From: a virus
Taxonomy: Duplodnaviria; Caudoviricetes
Direction: 5' to 3' (one strand)
IMG/VR virus record: IMGVR_UViG_3300038675_000532
Coordinates: 1 to 35,159 of that record
Length of the DNA: 35,159 nucleotides
Part shown: positions 17,543 to 27,043 of the stretch, piece by piece
How the letters are laid out: every line of letters begins with the position of its first letter
Numbering within the stretch: position 1 is the stretch's first letter
The notes under the pieces: model-generated
The model's input: the letters and a program-made list of their open reading frames with translations, nothing else
What the model was told of the DNA's origin: nothing
Database searches by the model: none
Program-made: the position numbers and the translations under genes

Positions 17543-17965
17543 ATGGGAGAAATGACATTAGCGGAATATTTACAAGTGTTGGACAATTACACTTTTACTG
17601 ACGCTTCTCTTAGGAGGATAGCGATAAAATGTAACAACCTATATGGGTTTTCCATTCCCGACATAACCACTAATGTCGATTCTTTGACACAGGAGCAACT
17701 CGATCTTTGCGAGGCTTGGGCTTGGGCCGATCTCGCTTTGGGAGTCGTGAACATGATGGCGGGAGGAAAAAAGAGCGTGGGCAACCGTAGCGTTACCTAC
17801 GCCGCTTTTAACCCTCTTTCCACGGACAGGAAGAATTGGTTGGCGAAAGCGAACCTAATTTTCAGGACTTACGAAAAACCCGAAGTTGTCGACGGAGAGA
17901 CGGCCTCGATAGAAGACTATACAAACTATTGGAGCAATGGAAGATATGACGTTTTACCCGCATAG
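17543..17965 (+). CDS. Putative head-tail adaptor
   Basis: Synteny after MCP; helical with KKSVGNRSVTY hairpin. Confidence 0.6.
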   Translation: MGEMTLAEYLQVLDNYTFTDASLRRIAIKCNNLYGFSIPDITTNVDSLTQEQLDLCEAWAWADLALGVVNMMAGGKKSVGNRSVTYAAFNPLSTDRKNWLAKANLIFRTYEKPEVVDGETASIEDYTNYWSNGRYDVLPA

Positions 17966-18278
17966 TTGCGTTATAAAGCGCGAAACAACTTTCGACGAAT
18001 CAGGCGAGCTTGGTTACGAGGAAGTTTATGATGGGGAGTGCTGTTTACAGTTCCCCAACAGCGGCAACGCGTATTTGGCGGGAAACTCACAATACCAATC
18101 TTCACCATCTCTCATGCTACCTGTTACCGACGTTCTTTTCGCTGTTAACGATAGGGCGGAGGTAACGGTAGCTAACGGGAGAGTGTTGATAGGCTCCGTA
18201 GAGGATTTTGAGACTATAGAAGAAACAGATTTGGAAGGAACGGTTCTTTGGCTTAAAAAGACGTTGGAAAATGGGTAA
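17937..18278 (+). CDS. Putative head closure protein
   Basis: Beta-rich 113 aa, YPH.C.I...YDGEC pattern; synteny. Confidence 0.55.
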   Translation: MEDMTFYPHSCVIKRETTFDESGELGYEEVYDGECCLQFPNSGNAYLAGNSQYQSSPSLMLPVTDVLFAVNDRAEVTVANGRVLIGSVEDFETIEETDLEGTVLWLKKTLENG

Positions 18279-18777
18279 ATATACCAAACAAAACCTTGAA
18301 CATATCAAGGATCAGTTGACGGCTTATTGGATGGGGGACGTAGCGCAGAGGTTGATAGTTTTGTTGGACGACGCCGCGACAGAAACCATAAATTATATAG
18401 ACGCGATAAGCACGGAAACAGGACAGGATGGTTTGCCCGTATTCACTGGAGCGATGCACGACGCCACCGGAATAGGGATTTATTACAACGGAATATTGGT
18501 GGGGATAAGAAAACCCGAAAGGCTTTACAATCTCGAACCTAATTATGAAGTTGACTTCAATCCCGACACGGTTTTGGATGTCGCGCTGAAAAACACCGGA
18601 ATACAGACCAACAACGGTATTTGGATAGTTTTGTTCTCGTCGGCTCCATACGCTATGGAAGTCGATATAGAAGGAAGTTATGCGAAAACACCTAGGGGAG
18701 TGGGATTCTTTTCGGAGATGATAGTTCCTTTTTTTGAGCAAGCGGTGACAACGAGAATTAAAAGTTTTGTGTTATGA
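18271..18777 (+). CDS. Putative tail completion/neck protein (HK97 gp10-like)
   Basis: PVFTGAMHDA...APYA..V motifs; synteny. Confidence 0.6.
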   Translation: MGKYTKQNLEHIKDQLTAYWMGDVAQRLIVLLDDAATETINYIDAISTETGQDGLPVFTGAMHDATGIGIYYNGILVGIRKPERLYNLEPNYEVDFNPDTVLDVALKNTGIQTNNGIWIVLFSSAPYAMEVDIEGSYAKTPRGVGFFSEMIVPFFEQAVTTRIKSFVL

Positions 18778-19181
18778 AATTTTCTGAATTGGATACGAGT
18801 ACGGCCTTAAAGGGAGTCTTGGAGGACGAAGGAGTAGAGACGACGATCTATGTCAACGGACAAAGACCGACATCAAAACTTCCTTCCGAGTTCATAGAAA
18901 TATCCGAAAATGGGCCTATAAGTTCCGATTCGAGCAAATTCGGGATTTACCAACAAAACCTTTTATTGGGAATATATGTCAAGATGTCCTCAAACGATGT
19001 AAGAAATACTGTCAAAGAGACGGCCATTTTGGATTCGTTCGGGGAATTGTTCAAAGATCCGATAGTTTCGGATAATTATAGTTTCGGGATAAATAAAAAT
19101 AGTTTGTTGAGTTCTTCAAAAAACATCATAACAGGGTACGGTACTAGATTTTTAAATATTACGACAACAATAAAAACTTAA
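18774..19181 (+). CDS. Putative tail terminator protein
   Basis: 135 aa directly upstream of the major tail gene; RP...FI.I pattern. Confidence 0.55.
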   Translation: MKFSELDTSTALKGVLEDEGVETTIYVNGQRPTSKLPSEFIEISENGPISSDSSKFGIYQQNLLLGIYVKMSSNDVRNTVKETAILDSFGELFKDPIVSDNYSFGINKNSLLSSSKNIITGYGTRFLNITTTIKT

Positions 19182-19185
19182 AATT

Positions 19186-19767
19186 ATGGCAACAGTAAAT
19201 CGTATTGGAAATGTATCTTCTGTAGCTGACTATTTCGTAGGATTGGGCGACCATATCATCGCCGATGCCGTTTCGGATTACGCGACAGCCGCTATAGGCG
19301 ATTTTACTAACCTTAAATCGTTGGGAAATATTCTCGACGGTTCTACCTCTTATACGGGAGAGGCCGTATCCACAACCGAGTGGACTAACGAGCAAGGTAT
19401 AGCAGTAACCACCGTAACTTCTGGCGGAAGTATCTCTTATGAGTTCTCATGCCAGGACTTTACAAGTGAAATGGCCACATTGTTATTGGGAGCCGAATCT
19501 ATCGCGGTAACGGGCGTTCCTTATGCTACTACAGCCACCGCGGCTTACGGTTTTGGACATAAATCCAATGTAATCACCAGACCGCTTATCTTCTTGGATG
19601 AAACCAAGACACACTTCCTTATCATACCAAAGGCCAAAATATCGGCTTCTTTGGGTATGGACGGGAAAAACCATGTTATCCAGTGCGTCGTCACCGCTGA
19701 AAAGCTTGACACCGCTAACCTTAAAACGGTTATGTGGGTAGCCGCCGCCGCTGTTTATACATCATAG
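19186..19767 (+). CDS. Major tail (tube) protein
   Basis: 193 aa beta-rich, LG.I..GS...IIPKAKI; followed by terminator, chaperone and tape measure genes. Confidence 0.8.
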   Translation: MATVNRIGNVSSVADYFVGLGDHIIADAVSDYATAAIGDFTNLKSLGNILDGSTSYTGEAVSTTEWTNEQGIAVTTVTSGGSISYEFSCQDFTSEMATLLLGAESIAVTGVPYATTATAAYGFGHKSNVITRPLIFLDETKTHFLIIPKAKISASLGMDGKNHVIQCVVTAEKLDTANLKTVMWVAAAAVYTS

Positions 19768-19770
19768 TAT

Positions 19771-19808
19771 TAAGGGGCGAGCTTAAATCCCTCGCCCCTT
19801 ATTTTTTT
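19771..19808 (+). terminator. Intrinsic terminator
   Basis: Perfect 11-bp stem TAAGGGGCGAG/CTCGCCCCTTA followed by T7. Confidence 0.85.
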
Positions 19809-19832
19809 AATTAAAATCAAAACCAAGGAGAG

Positions 19833-20312
19833 ATGGAAGGAGATTTGAAAGCTGGGAAATTATTGGACGATATAGATAGAAACGCTCCCGTAATTTTTCG
19901 TATAGGCAAAAAAGCCTATAAGATGAAAAGAATAACGAATTACGTTCACGGAAAGTTTTCAAGGTTGGTGACAAAAGCGGAACTCAGTTATAGCGACGAC
20001 AAGAAAACACTTTTGGTGAACATGGAAAAAAATAGGAAACTTGTTCCTAAATGTTTGAGTTTAATAATATTGCATCACCCTATAAAAGTGATGCTGTTTT
20101 ATTCGATACATTGGAGATACTTGAATTTGTTCTTTACTATGGATGAAATGGCGTTAGCTTTTAACCAAATAAAGGACAATATGGACGTTAGTTCGCTTTT
20201 TTTTTGCTTGAGCTACCTACAGGCCAACAACAAACTGCAAGTGATGATGGCAAAGGAGAATACATCGAGTATAGCAGCAAAACTGAACTCGGCAGGAGAA
20301 CCGACACAATAA
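19833..20312 (+). CDS. Tail assembly chaperone (gpG-like)
   Basis: Between major tail and tape measure genes; contains a T9 slippery run. Confidence 0.7.
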   Translation: MEGDLKAGKLLDDIDRNAPVIFRIGKKAYKMKRITNYVHGKFSRLVTKAELSYSDDKKTLLVNMEKNRKLVPKCLSLIILHHPIKVMLFYSIHWRYLNLFFTMDEMALAFNQIKDNMDVSSLFFCLSYLQANNKLQVMMAKENTSSIAAKLNSAGEPTQ

Positions 20313-20542
20313 CGACGTTGTACGGAAACACGGGCTTATGGAGTTTATATAAATATTGGTTCGTGGACAGTATAGCCAAACAGAGCCTCATGATGGCCGA
20401 CAAAAGCGGGTTAAGGAGCAGGGCCGATGTCAACGCGGCAAAAAACAGGAACAAAGGTAAAAAAGAGCGAATGAGCGACGAAGCCATAAACAGTTTATGG
20501 TCGGCAACCGTTAAAAAACATAAAGATGAGCCTACAGTTTGA
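20204..20542 (+). CDS. Tail assembly chaperone gpT-like segment (probably reached by -1 frameshift)
   Basis: -1 frame relative to 19833 ORF, open from 20192; no early ATG; overlaps the tape measure start. Confidence 0.6.
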   Translation: MLELPTGQQQTASDDGKGEYIEYSSKTELGRRTDTITTLYGNTGLWSLYKYWFVDSIAKQSLMMADKSGLRSRADVNAAKNRNKGKKERMSDEAINSLWSATVKKHKDEPTV

Positions 20543-23500
20543 TATACAGATAGCGGGAATAGACGTTAAGAGCGTAGAAAAAGCGTACAAAGAACAGGAA
20601 GCGGCGATACAGGCCATTCTCAACAAAGCCAGTACCCTTACCGTTCCAATCAAGGGAGTGGACGTTGTTTCTATCAACAAAGAACTGCAAAAAACGTCGC
20701 AACTCTTGGATCGTATAAATAAAAGCGGTGTCGCCACGGGAACTCCCTTACAGAGAGCCAAGGCGGATATCGCTTATTTGGAATACGAAGCCTCCGCTAC
20801 TTTGAGGCAAGAAAAAGCGTCTTTAGCCCTTTCTTCGGCACAAAATAAAGAAGCTATATCCGCCAATCAACTCAAAATTTCAGAAGAAAGACTCACCCAA
20901 TCTAAAATACGCACCGAAGCCATACAAAACAAACAGGTAGCGATAACCAAGAAACAGAATGCCGAATGGAAAGCGCAAAAAGGAATACTCAACGGTATGC
21001 CTCAGTTTTTGAATGCTTATGTTTCCATCCTCGGAGCGTTCAGGCTTTTCAACAACATAAAAGACATCACAAAAGAATTTGAGCTTCAAAGAGTGGCTTT
21101 AAGGGCTATAACACAAGAAGCTGAGTTCGCCGACCAACTGTTCGAGAAAATCAAGGCACAGGCCATCGAATCCCCGTTTATGACCAAGGATTTGATAACT
21201 TATACCAAACAGTTATCGGCGTACAGGATAGAAAACGAAAACCTTTTCGAGACCATGAACAAACTCGCCGATATTTCGGCGGGACTCGGTGTGAGCATGG
21301 ATAGGCTTATTCTCGCTTATGGCCAAGTTAAGGCCGCTTCGGTACTTCGTGGGCAGGAGCTGAGGCAGTTCACAGAAGCGGGAATACCACTTGTGGCGTT
21401 GTTGGCCGAAAAATTCAGCACCTTGAGGGGAGAAATGGTATCCACGGCGGATGTTTTCGAGCTTATATCCAAGAGGGCCGTTCCTTTTGAGCTTATCTCG
21501 GAGATATTCGACGATATGACCGAAGCGGGGGGAAGGTTTTATAATATGCAGAAGATACAGGCCGAATCCTTGTACGGTGTTTACGCCAACTTAACCGACA
21601 ACATACAGATAGCTTTCAATGAACTCGGAGAAAACAACAGAGGAGCGTTGTTGGCGTTGGGTAAGGGGGCTACCGCTGTGGCGCAGAATTTAACCACCGT
21701 TGTGGACGCTTTACAGGCTATAGGGGTTGGGTTTGTGGCGTATAAATTAGCGGTAGCATTAACTACCAAAACAATAAATACTTTAACTATAGCTCAACTA
21801 AGAAATATAGTTACATTAAAAGGCCAAAGGGCGCAATTACTGGCCAACACAAAAACATTCGGACTTTCCACATTAGCTTTAAAAATATATACAAGAGCGC
21901 AAATAGGATTGGCGACATCCACCAATGTTCTCACAAAATCATTTTGGAAACTTACAGCGGCGTTGGTTAAAAGTCCGGTTGGAGCCATAATCGCTGCGGT
22001 AGCGGCATTGGGAACGGCGATAGGATTATTGGTGTACCGTTCAAGGGAGGCGGAGAGGGCTTTCAAAAAAATGTCCGAAGAGTTTAACAACAAACAAAAG
22101 AGCATAGAATCTTATACAATGTTGTTGGCGGATCTTAACGAGCAAGAGAAAAGGGGAATTGATGTTACGGAGGAGAGGGCTGACGTTATCAGCCAATTAT
22201 CCGAAATTGATGCAGAATATTCTAAAATTATAAAAGACAAAGTATCGGATACGGAAGCTTTAACAAGAGCCGAAGAAAATTATATTGAAACAGCTAGGGT
22301 AAAATTAAATATAGAAAAAGCCTTATTGGATATAGACGCCGAAAAATTATCAAAAAAATATACTAAAGCGTTAAAGGCGCAAAGTGATGCTGTTACAGAA
22401 TTAACCAATAATTATAACGAAAATATATCGGCTGTAAAGACATTGCTATCTATGGGGGATTTAACTGCTCCCGCTATGAGCGCGTTGCAGGTTTTTTTAA
22501 ACAGTGAAGAAGATTATGAATATAAACTGTTCAATCTTGTAAAAGCTTTACAGTCTTTATTGGGTAATCAATCAATAACAACGGAAGAATTTAATAAGAT
22601 TATATTCAGTTTAAATAAAGGTGGATTACAAGCGTTCTCGGAAGCCATGAGAAACGCCAATATAGTTATATCTGAGTTTAATGGATCTTGGGGTGACGCT
22701 ATACAATCCGTAGCCAACAACCAATATATAGTAGAAAATTTAAAAGCTATAGATGATGCCATAGCGGGATTGGGGGAAAATCCGTCACAAGCGGCCATTG
22801 ATTCGGCTACCGGTAATTTTAAAAACAATATTATAAAGGTATGGGAAGGATCTTTGGATGAACAGGGTATAGTAGATGTAGCTAGGAATGGATTCGCGGA
22901 AATATTTGAAGAAGCTTATGGTTTCGCGTTTAAAAAAATAGGAACTCCTGATGCGGTTTTATCCGATTGGCAAAATACATTTAATACATATGTAGCAGAC
23001 CTACAAAAACTTACTACAAGCACATTACCTAAAGTATCGGACGCCGAAACAACACAAGCCGACATTCTCAAAGAAGTCACCGATCTTTATAAAGAAAATT
23101 CGGAAGAGTTGGATAGGATGAAATTGGCCAATAAAGATATTGTTACTCAAGATGAAATAGACAAACAACAAGCCTTCGTAGATCAGCTTGAAAAACAAAT
23201 GGAGTATCTTGGTGCTTCCGCAAATACGGGAACAGATGGATCCGATGCGAGAGCCAAAGCTTTGGACAACGAACTGTCCCTATTAAAAGAAGCCTACAAT
23301 AAATACAAGGAACTCAAAAAATATATGGATTCCGCTTCCGCTTCGGCATCCGTAAAGGATCTGTTCGGAATAGACGTGAACGACGACCTTTATATAAAGG
23401 CATTGGAAAGGATCATGCGCGGTTATGAAGCTTTGGGAGACGATAAAAAAACACTTGAAGTAAAACTTGAAATAGCCGATACCGCTTTTGACCAGCTCAC

Positions 23501-25700
23501 TGAAAATTTCGACAAAAAACTCGACGATATATCCAATAAGATAAAAAGAAAAGAAAAGGCGCAAGATTTTTTCGATAAGATATTCGATTTGACAGGAGAC
23601 GTGGATCTTTCAAAAAATCTGACATTAAGTTTCGATGGTTTCGATTTTACAGGATTAAGGGACGATCTTGTCGAACAAATACAAACCATACTTAACGGTA
23701 TGCAGGGAAATTATGATATGCCCGAAATAAAGGTCGACGGAAAAGTGGATTACGTGGGATTAAGGGAATTTATAAAAAATGTTCCGGAGGAATACCAATC
23801 CGCTTTAAGTTCGGCATTGGATCAACTTATAGATTACGACCAAAACGCGTTGGAAGAGATATATAAGACGGTAAAATCTTATGATGATTTTGAGGCGCAA
23901 AAAACAAGGGTCACAAACAAATATGCCAAACTAAGGCAGGACGCTTACGAACAAGAAGTCGCCAACATAGAAGATGTCGTGGCCGCGATAGACAAAGCGC
24001 AGTTATCCGAGATGAACGCTCTTAATTGGGATCAATTCCAATCCACCGAACAATGGGCGGATCTTTTCGATAATCTTGGTAGGGTTTCGTTCGATTCTTT
24101 GGCTTCTATGTTGGGACAATTGGAAGATTTAAAGGCCGCTTTTGGGGATGAAGGAGCCGAGGCCGTAAAAGAAATAATCGCCAAGATACGCGAACTAAGG
24201 GAAGAAATAGAGAAGCGCGATCCTTTTACCGCCATAAGGGACGGATTCAAACAGATGCGCGCCAGTATTGACGCCATAAGGTCGACACAGGCTACGATAG
24301 ACCATATCAAAGAGTCATTGCGAGGTACTTTCACCAACGAGGAGATAGAAAACACCAAGGCCTATAAAGACGCCGTTGACGCCAACATAAAAGCGCAAAC
24401 GGAATTTTTGAGGGGATCTGACAGCGTCAAAAACGGGCTGGAATCGCTACAAGACACCATGTCGGCGGTAGAAGCCGAACTAAACGCTATCGCCGGACTC
24501 ATCTCTGATATATTCGGTGACAACGAGTTTTCCGCCTATGTTGCCGATATAGCCAAAGGATTCGGATTTTTGGCGACCACTATCGGGACGGTATCTTCGG
24601 TGTTTGGTGCTTTAACAATAGCAGCTACGGTATTCGGGGTTACTGTTAATACATTAATACCTTGGTTATGGGCGTTGGTAGCTATTGGCGCTACGATTGG
24701 CGGTATAATCGCCGCGGTAAACGCGAAGAATAGGAATATAACCCGTGCCATAGAGACTCAAGAGGCGGCCATAGAGCGTCTTAAAAATTCTTACGAAGAA
24801 CTCAAAAGGGTAATGGAAGACGCTTTGGGATCGGACAAAGTAAAGGCCGCTGACGATATAATCGCCAATCTTGAAAAACAGGTAAAAAAGACAGAGGAAC
24901 TCATAAAACTTGAAAGACAAAGGAAGAGCAGAAAACAGGACTTGGAACAAATAGCGGAATGGGAGCAACAGATAGCCGAATACAAGCAGCAGATCATAGA
25001 TACTTCACAAGATTTGATAGAATATTTCGCCGGAACATCTTTGACTTCCGCCGCCGAGAGTTTCGCCGATTCTTGGCTCAACGCTTACGTGTCATTCGAG
25101 GATACCAGACAAGCGTTGGAGAGTTCCATGCAGGATATGATAAAAAATTTGGTAGCTAAAGCGGTATTATCAAAAGTAGTGGAAACGGCATTAGCTCCCG
25201 TATTTTCCAAAATAGAGAAAGTATCCAAAGGGGGGTTTACCACGAACGAACTAAACACTATAATAGATATGGCCGAAGCCATTATCCCCGGACTCAACGA
25301 TGTCCTCACTAAGATAATGGGAGAGATAAACATAGCGAGAGAAGGCGAAACAAATCTCACCGGAATTTCCAAGGACATAGCGGGAATCACCGAACAATCC
25401 GCATTGGCTTTGGGAGCTTTGGGAAACAACATGATCTATCAAACCGTGGCTATAAAAAACGATGTCGCGACAATAAGGATGATACTCGAAGAAAGATTGG
25501 GAATACAGGAAATTGGCGCGGGGATAACGCTATTGGATCTGCAGACATTGACGAACACCATAATGTCGCAGTTGATAGCGATAAACCAAAACACCTCGGA
25601 AACGGCAAACGCTTGTAAAGACCTGTCGTCCACGATAAAATCGGTAACATCTCCGCGAGGGACGAGTTCGGTAAAAGTTTTAAACACACAGATAGTTTAA
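20526..25700 (+). CDS. Tape measure protein
   Basis: 1724 aa helical, Ala-rich; LFEKIKAQAIESPF...LADISAG...LAYGQVKA...ELRQFTEAGIP tape-measure domain; hydrophobic segments. Confidence 0.93.
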   Translation: MSLQFDIQIAGIDVKSVEKAYKEQEAAIQAILNKASTLTVPIKGVDVVSINKELQKTSQLLDRINKSGVATGTPLQRAKADIAYLEYEASATLRQEKASLALSSAQNKEAISANQLKISEERLTQSKIRTEAIQNKQVAITKKQNAEWKAQKGILNGMPQFLNAYVSILGAFRLFNNIKDITKEFELQRVALRAITQEAEFADQLFEKIKAQAIESPFMTKDLITYTKQLSAYRIENENLFETMNKLADISAGLGVSMDRLILAYGQVKAASVLRGQELRQFTEAGIPLVALLAEKFSTLRGEMVSTADVFELISKRAVPFELISEIFDDMTEAGGRFYNMQKIQAESLYGVYANLTDNIQIAFNELGENNRGALLALGKGATAVAQNLTTVVDALQAIGVGFVAYKLAVALTTKTINTLTIAQLRNIVTLKGQRAQLLANTKTFGLSTLALKIYTRAQIGLATSTNVLTKSFWKLTAALVKSPVGAIIAAVAALGTAIGLLVYRSREAERAFKKMSEEFNNKQKSIESYTMLLADLNEQEKRGIDVTEERADVISQLSEIDAEYSKIIKDKVSDTEALTRAEENYIETARVKLNIEKALLDIDAEKLSKKYTKALKAQSDAVTELTNNYNENISAVKTLLSMGDLTAPAMSALQVFLNSEEDYEYKLFNLVKALQSLLGNQSITTEEFNKIIFSLNKGGLQAFSEAMRNANIVISEFNGSWGDAIQSVANNQYIVENLKAIDDAIAGLGENPSQAAIDSATGNFKNNIIKVWEGSLDEQGIVDVARNGFAEIFEEAYGFAFKKIGTPDAVLSDWQNTFNTYVADLQKLTTSTLPKVSDAETTQADILKEVTDLYKENSEELDRMKLANKDIVTQDEIDKQQAFVDQLEKQMEYLGASANTGTDGSDARAKALDNELSLLKEAYNKYKELKKYMDSASASASVKDLFGIDVNDDLYIKALERIMRGYEALGDDKKTLEVKLEIADTAFDQLTENFDKKLDDISNKIKRKEKAQDFFDKIFDLTGDVDLSKNLTLSFDGFDFTGLRDDLVEQIQTILNGMQGNYDMPEIKVDGKVDYVGLREFIKNVPEEYQSALSSALDQLIDYDQNALEEIYKTVKSYDDFEAQKTRVTNKYAKLRQDAYEQEVANIEDVVAAIDKAQLSEMNALNWDQFQSTEQWADLFDNLGRVSFDSLASMLGQLEDLKAAFGDEGAEAVKEIIAKIRELREEIEKRDPFTAIRDGFKQMRASIDAIRSTQATIDHIKESLRGTFTNEEIENTKAYKDAVDANIKAQTEFLRGSDSVKNGLESLQDTMSAVEAELNAIAGLISDIFGDNEFSAYVADIAKGFGFLATTIGTVSSVFGALTIAATVFGVTVNTLIPWLWALVAIGATIGGIIAAVNAKNRNITRAIETQEAAIERLKNSYEELKRVMEDALGSDKVKAADDIIANLEKQVKKTEELIKLERQRKSRKQDLEQIAEWEQQIAEYKQQIIDTSQDLIEYFAGTSLTSAAESFADSWLNAYVSFEDTRQALESSMQDMIKNLVAKAVLSKVVETALAPVFSKIEKVSKGGFTTNELNTIIDMAEAIIPGLNDVLTKIMGEINIAREGETNLTGISKDIAGITEQSALALGALGNNMIYQTVAIKNDVATIRMILEERLGIQEIGAGITLLDLQTLTNTIMSQLIAINQNTSETANACKDLSSTIKSVTSPRGTSSVKVLNTQIV

Positions 25701-25713
25701 AGGATAAAAATAT

Positions 25714-25721
25714 TAAATTTG
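25714..25721 (+). promoter_or_regulatory. -7 promoter element (likely leaderless transcript)
   Basis: TAAATTTG followed by 4 nt and then ATG 25726. Confidence 0.45.
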
Positions 25722-25725
25722 TCGT

Positions 25726-26433
25726 ATGAACAGGAATTGCGCGGTAGATATTATAATCGGATCGGGAGAGACTGAAAACCTTCTCTCCGATTACGGTTTT
25801 GAACTCACGGAAAGTCCGTTCATAATCTATCCCGAAACACGGGGCTATGAGATGCAGGAATATCCCGAATCCGCCGCACCCGAGATGTTGGCGAAAACAA
25901 CGCAAAAACCGTTCGATTATCCGATAGGTTTGGTTTATTCGGGAGACAAGAGAGCCGCCAACGGTGTCATAAATTCGTTCTTTGCTTCGATGTTTTCCGC
26001 TACGGGAGACGTACTTACACCGGTACTCGTAGAGATAAGAAATTATTTCAAAAAAGAGATGGTGCAAGGTTACGCCAAGAGATTGGGGGATTTTAAGACG
26101 GGATTCGACGCTTCGGGGGATACGGTGGGATTTACTTTTACGTTGTACGTGAACAATCCTACTTCGTGCAATTTCGATATTCCTTCCATAAGGGTTTACA
26201 AGTCGGCATCCACATCTTCGAGTATAACCGTGGGAGTGGATACGGGGGGGCTGACATATAAGAGCGTAACGATAGAATATAGGGCAGACGAGGAAGATGA
26301 GTGGACAGAGATATATGCGGGGGCAAATTTAACGTACCCGCACACGGGACTCACCACGGAAACGGAATATTTTTACAGGGCGAAAACAAACGCCTCGGAG
26401 TACAGTTTAATAGGAAATTTTAAAACATTATAG
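25726..26433 (+). CDS. Putative distal tail protein with C-terminal FN3 domain
   Basis: Directly after tape measure; C-term TSSSITV...W.EIY.G...Y.HTGLT.ETEYFYRAK FN3 signature. Confidence 0.65.
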   Translation: MNRNCAVDIIIGSGETENLLSDYGFELTESPFIIYPETRGYEMQEYPESAAPEMLAKTTQKPFDYPIGLVYSGDKRAANGVINSFFASMFSATGDVLTPVLVEIRNYFKKEMVQGYAKRLGDFKTGFDASGDTVGFTFTLYVNNPTSCNFDIPSIRVYKSASTSSSITVGVDTGGLTYKSVTIEYRADEEDEWTEIYAGANLTYPHTGLTTETEYFYRAKTNASEYSLIGNFKTL

Positions 26434-26554
26434 CTATGAATGATCAAATACTTATACTATGAGTTTAGCTGAACGTAAATATATCTACAACACAATAAAA
26501 ATAGAGATACTATAAAGATACATTGACGGTCAAGATATATAACGAAAAAAAAGA

Positions 26555-27043
26555 ATGAAAATGTTGAGAATTTACGGTAAAGCTATCAGCGAACTGTTCG
26601 ACAACGCTTATGCGGTGTTGTGCGGATTTTTCGCGAGTATCTTGGGTTACTTTCTGCCCGTCAGGGACATTGTACACCTACTTATATTATTTTTTATTCT
26701 CGACGTGCTTTTCGGCTACTGGGCGGCGAGAAAGCTGAGATATGAGAAGTTTTCCGTTAAAATTATCTGGGAACATACCATTCCTAGGATGTTGTTGTCG
26801 ATAGTCATAATTTTGGGCGCGTATATGTGGGACAGCGTGTTCGATCAGAACGTGGTTTGCACATATAAGATTATTGGATGGTTCATTTCCGGAGTTTTGT
26901 TGTTCTCGATAGCGGAAAACGGATACCATATAACAAAATGGTCTATATTCCCGAAAATATCCGAAATGATAAACGGCACTATTAAAGATAAAACAGGAAT
27001 AGGCATAAAGAAGGATAAAAATGGCATTACAAATAAAGAATAG
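26555..27043 (+). CDS. Holin (phage holin 4-like family)
   Basis: Three to four hydrophobic helices, FILDVLFGYWAA and FSIAEN motifs, basic C-terminus. Confidence 0.75.
   Translation: MKMLRIYGKAISELFDNAYAVLCGFFASILGYFLPVRDIVHLLILFFILDVLFGYWAARKLRYEKFSVKIIWEHTIPRMLLSIVIILGAYMWDSVFDQNVVCTYKIIGWFISGVLLFSIAENGYHITKWSIFPKISEMINGTIKDKTGIGIKKDKNGITNKE

Noticed and set aside
26434-26554. Tiny ORFs in the spacer before the holin
   Set aside because: Under 20 codons in AT-rich DNA, with no supporting features.
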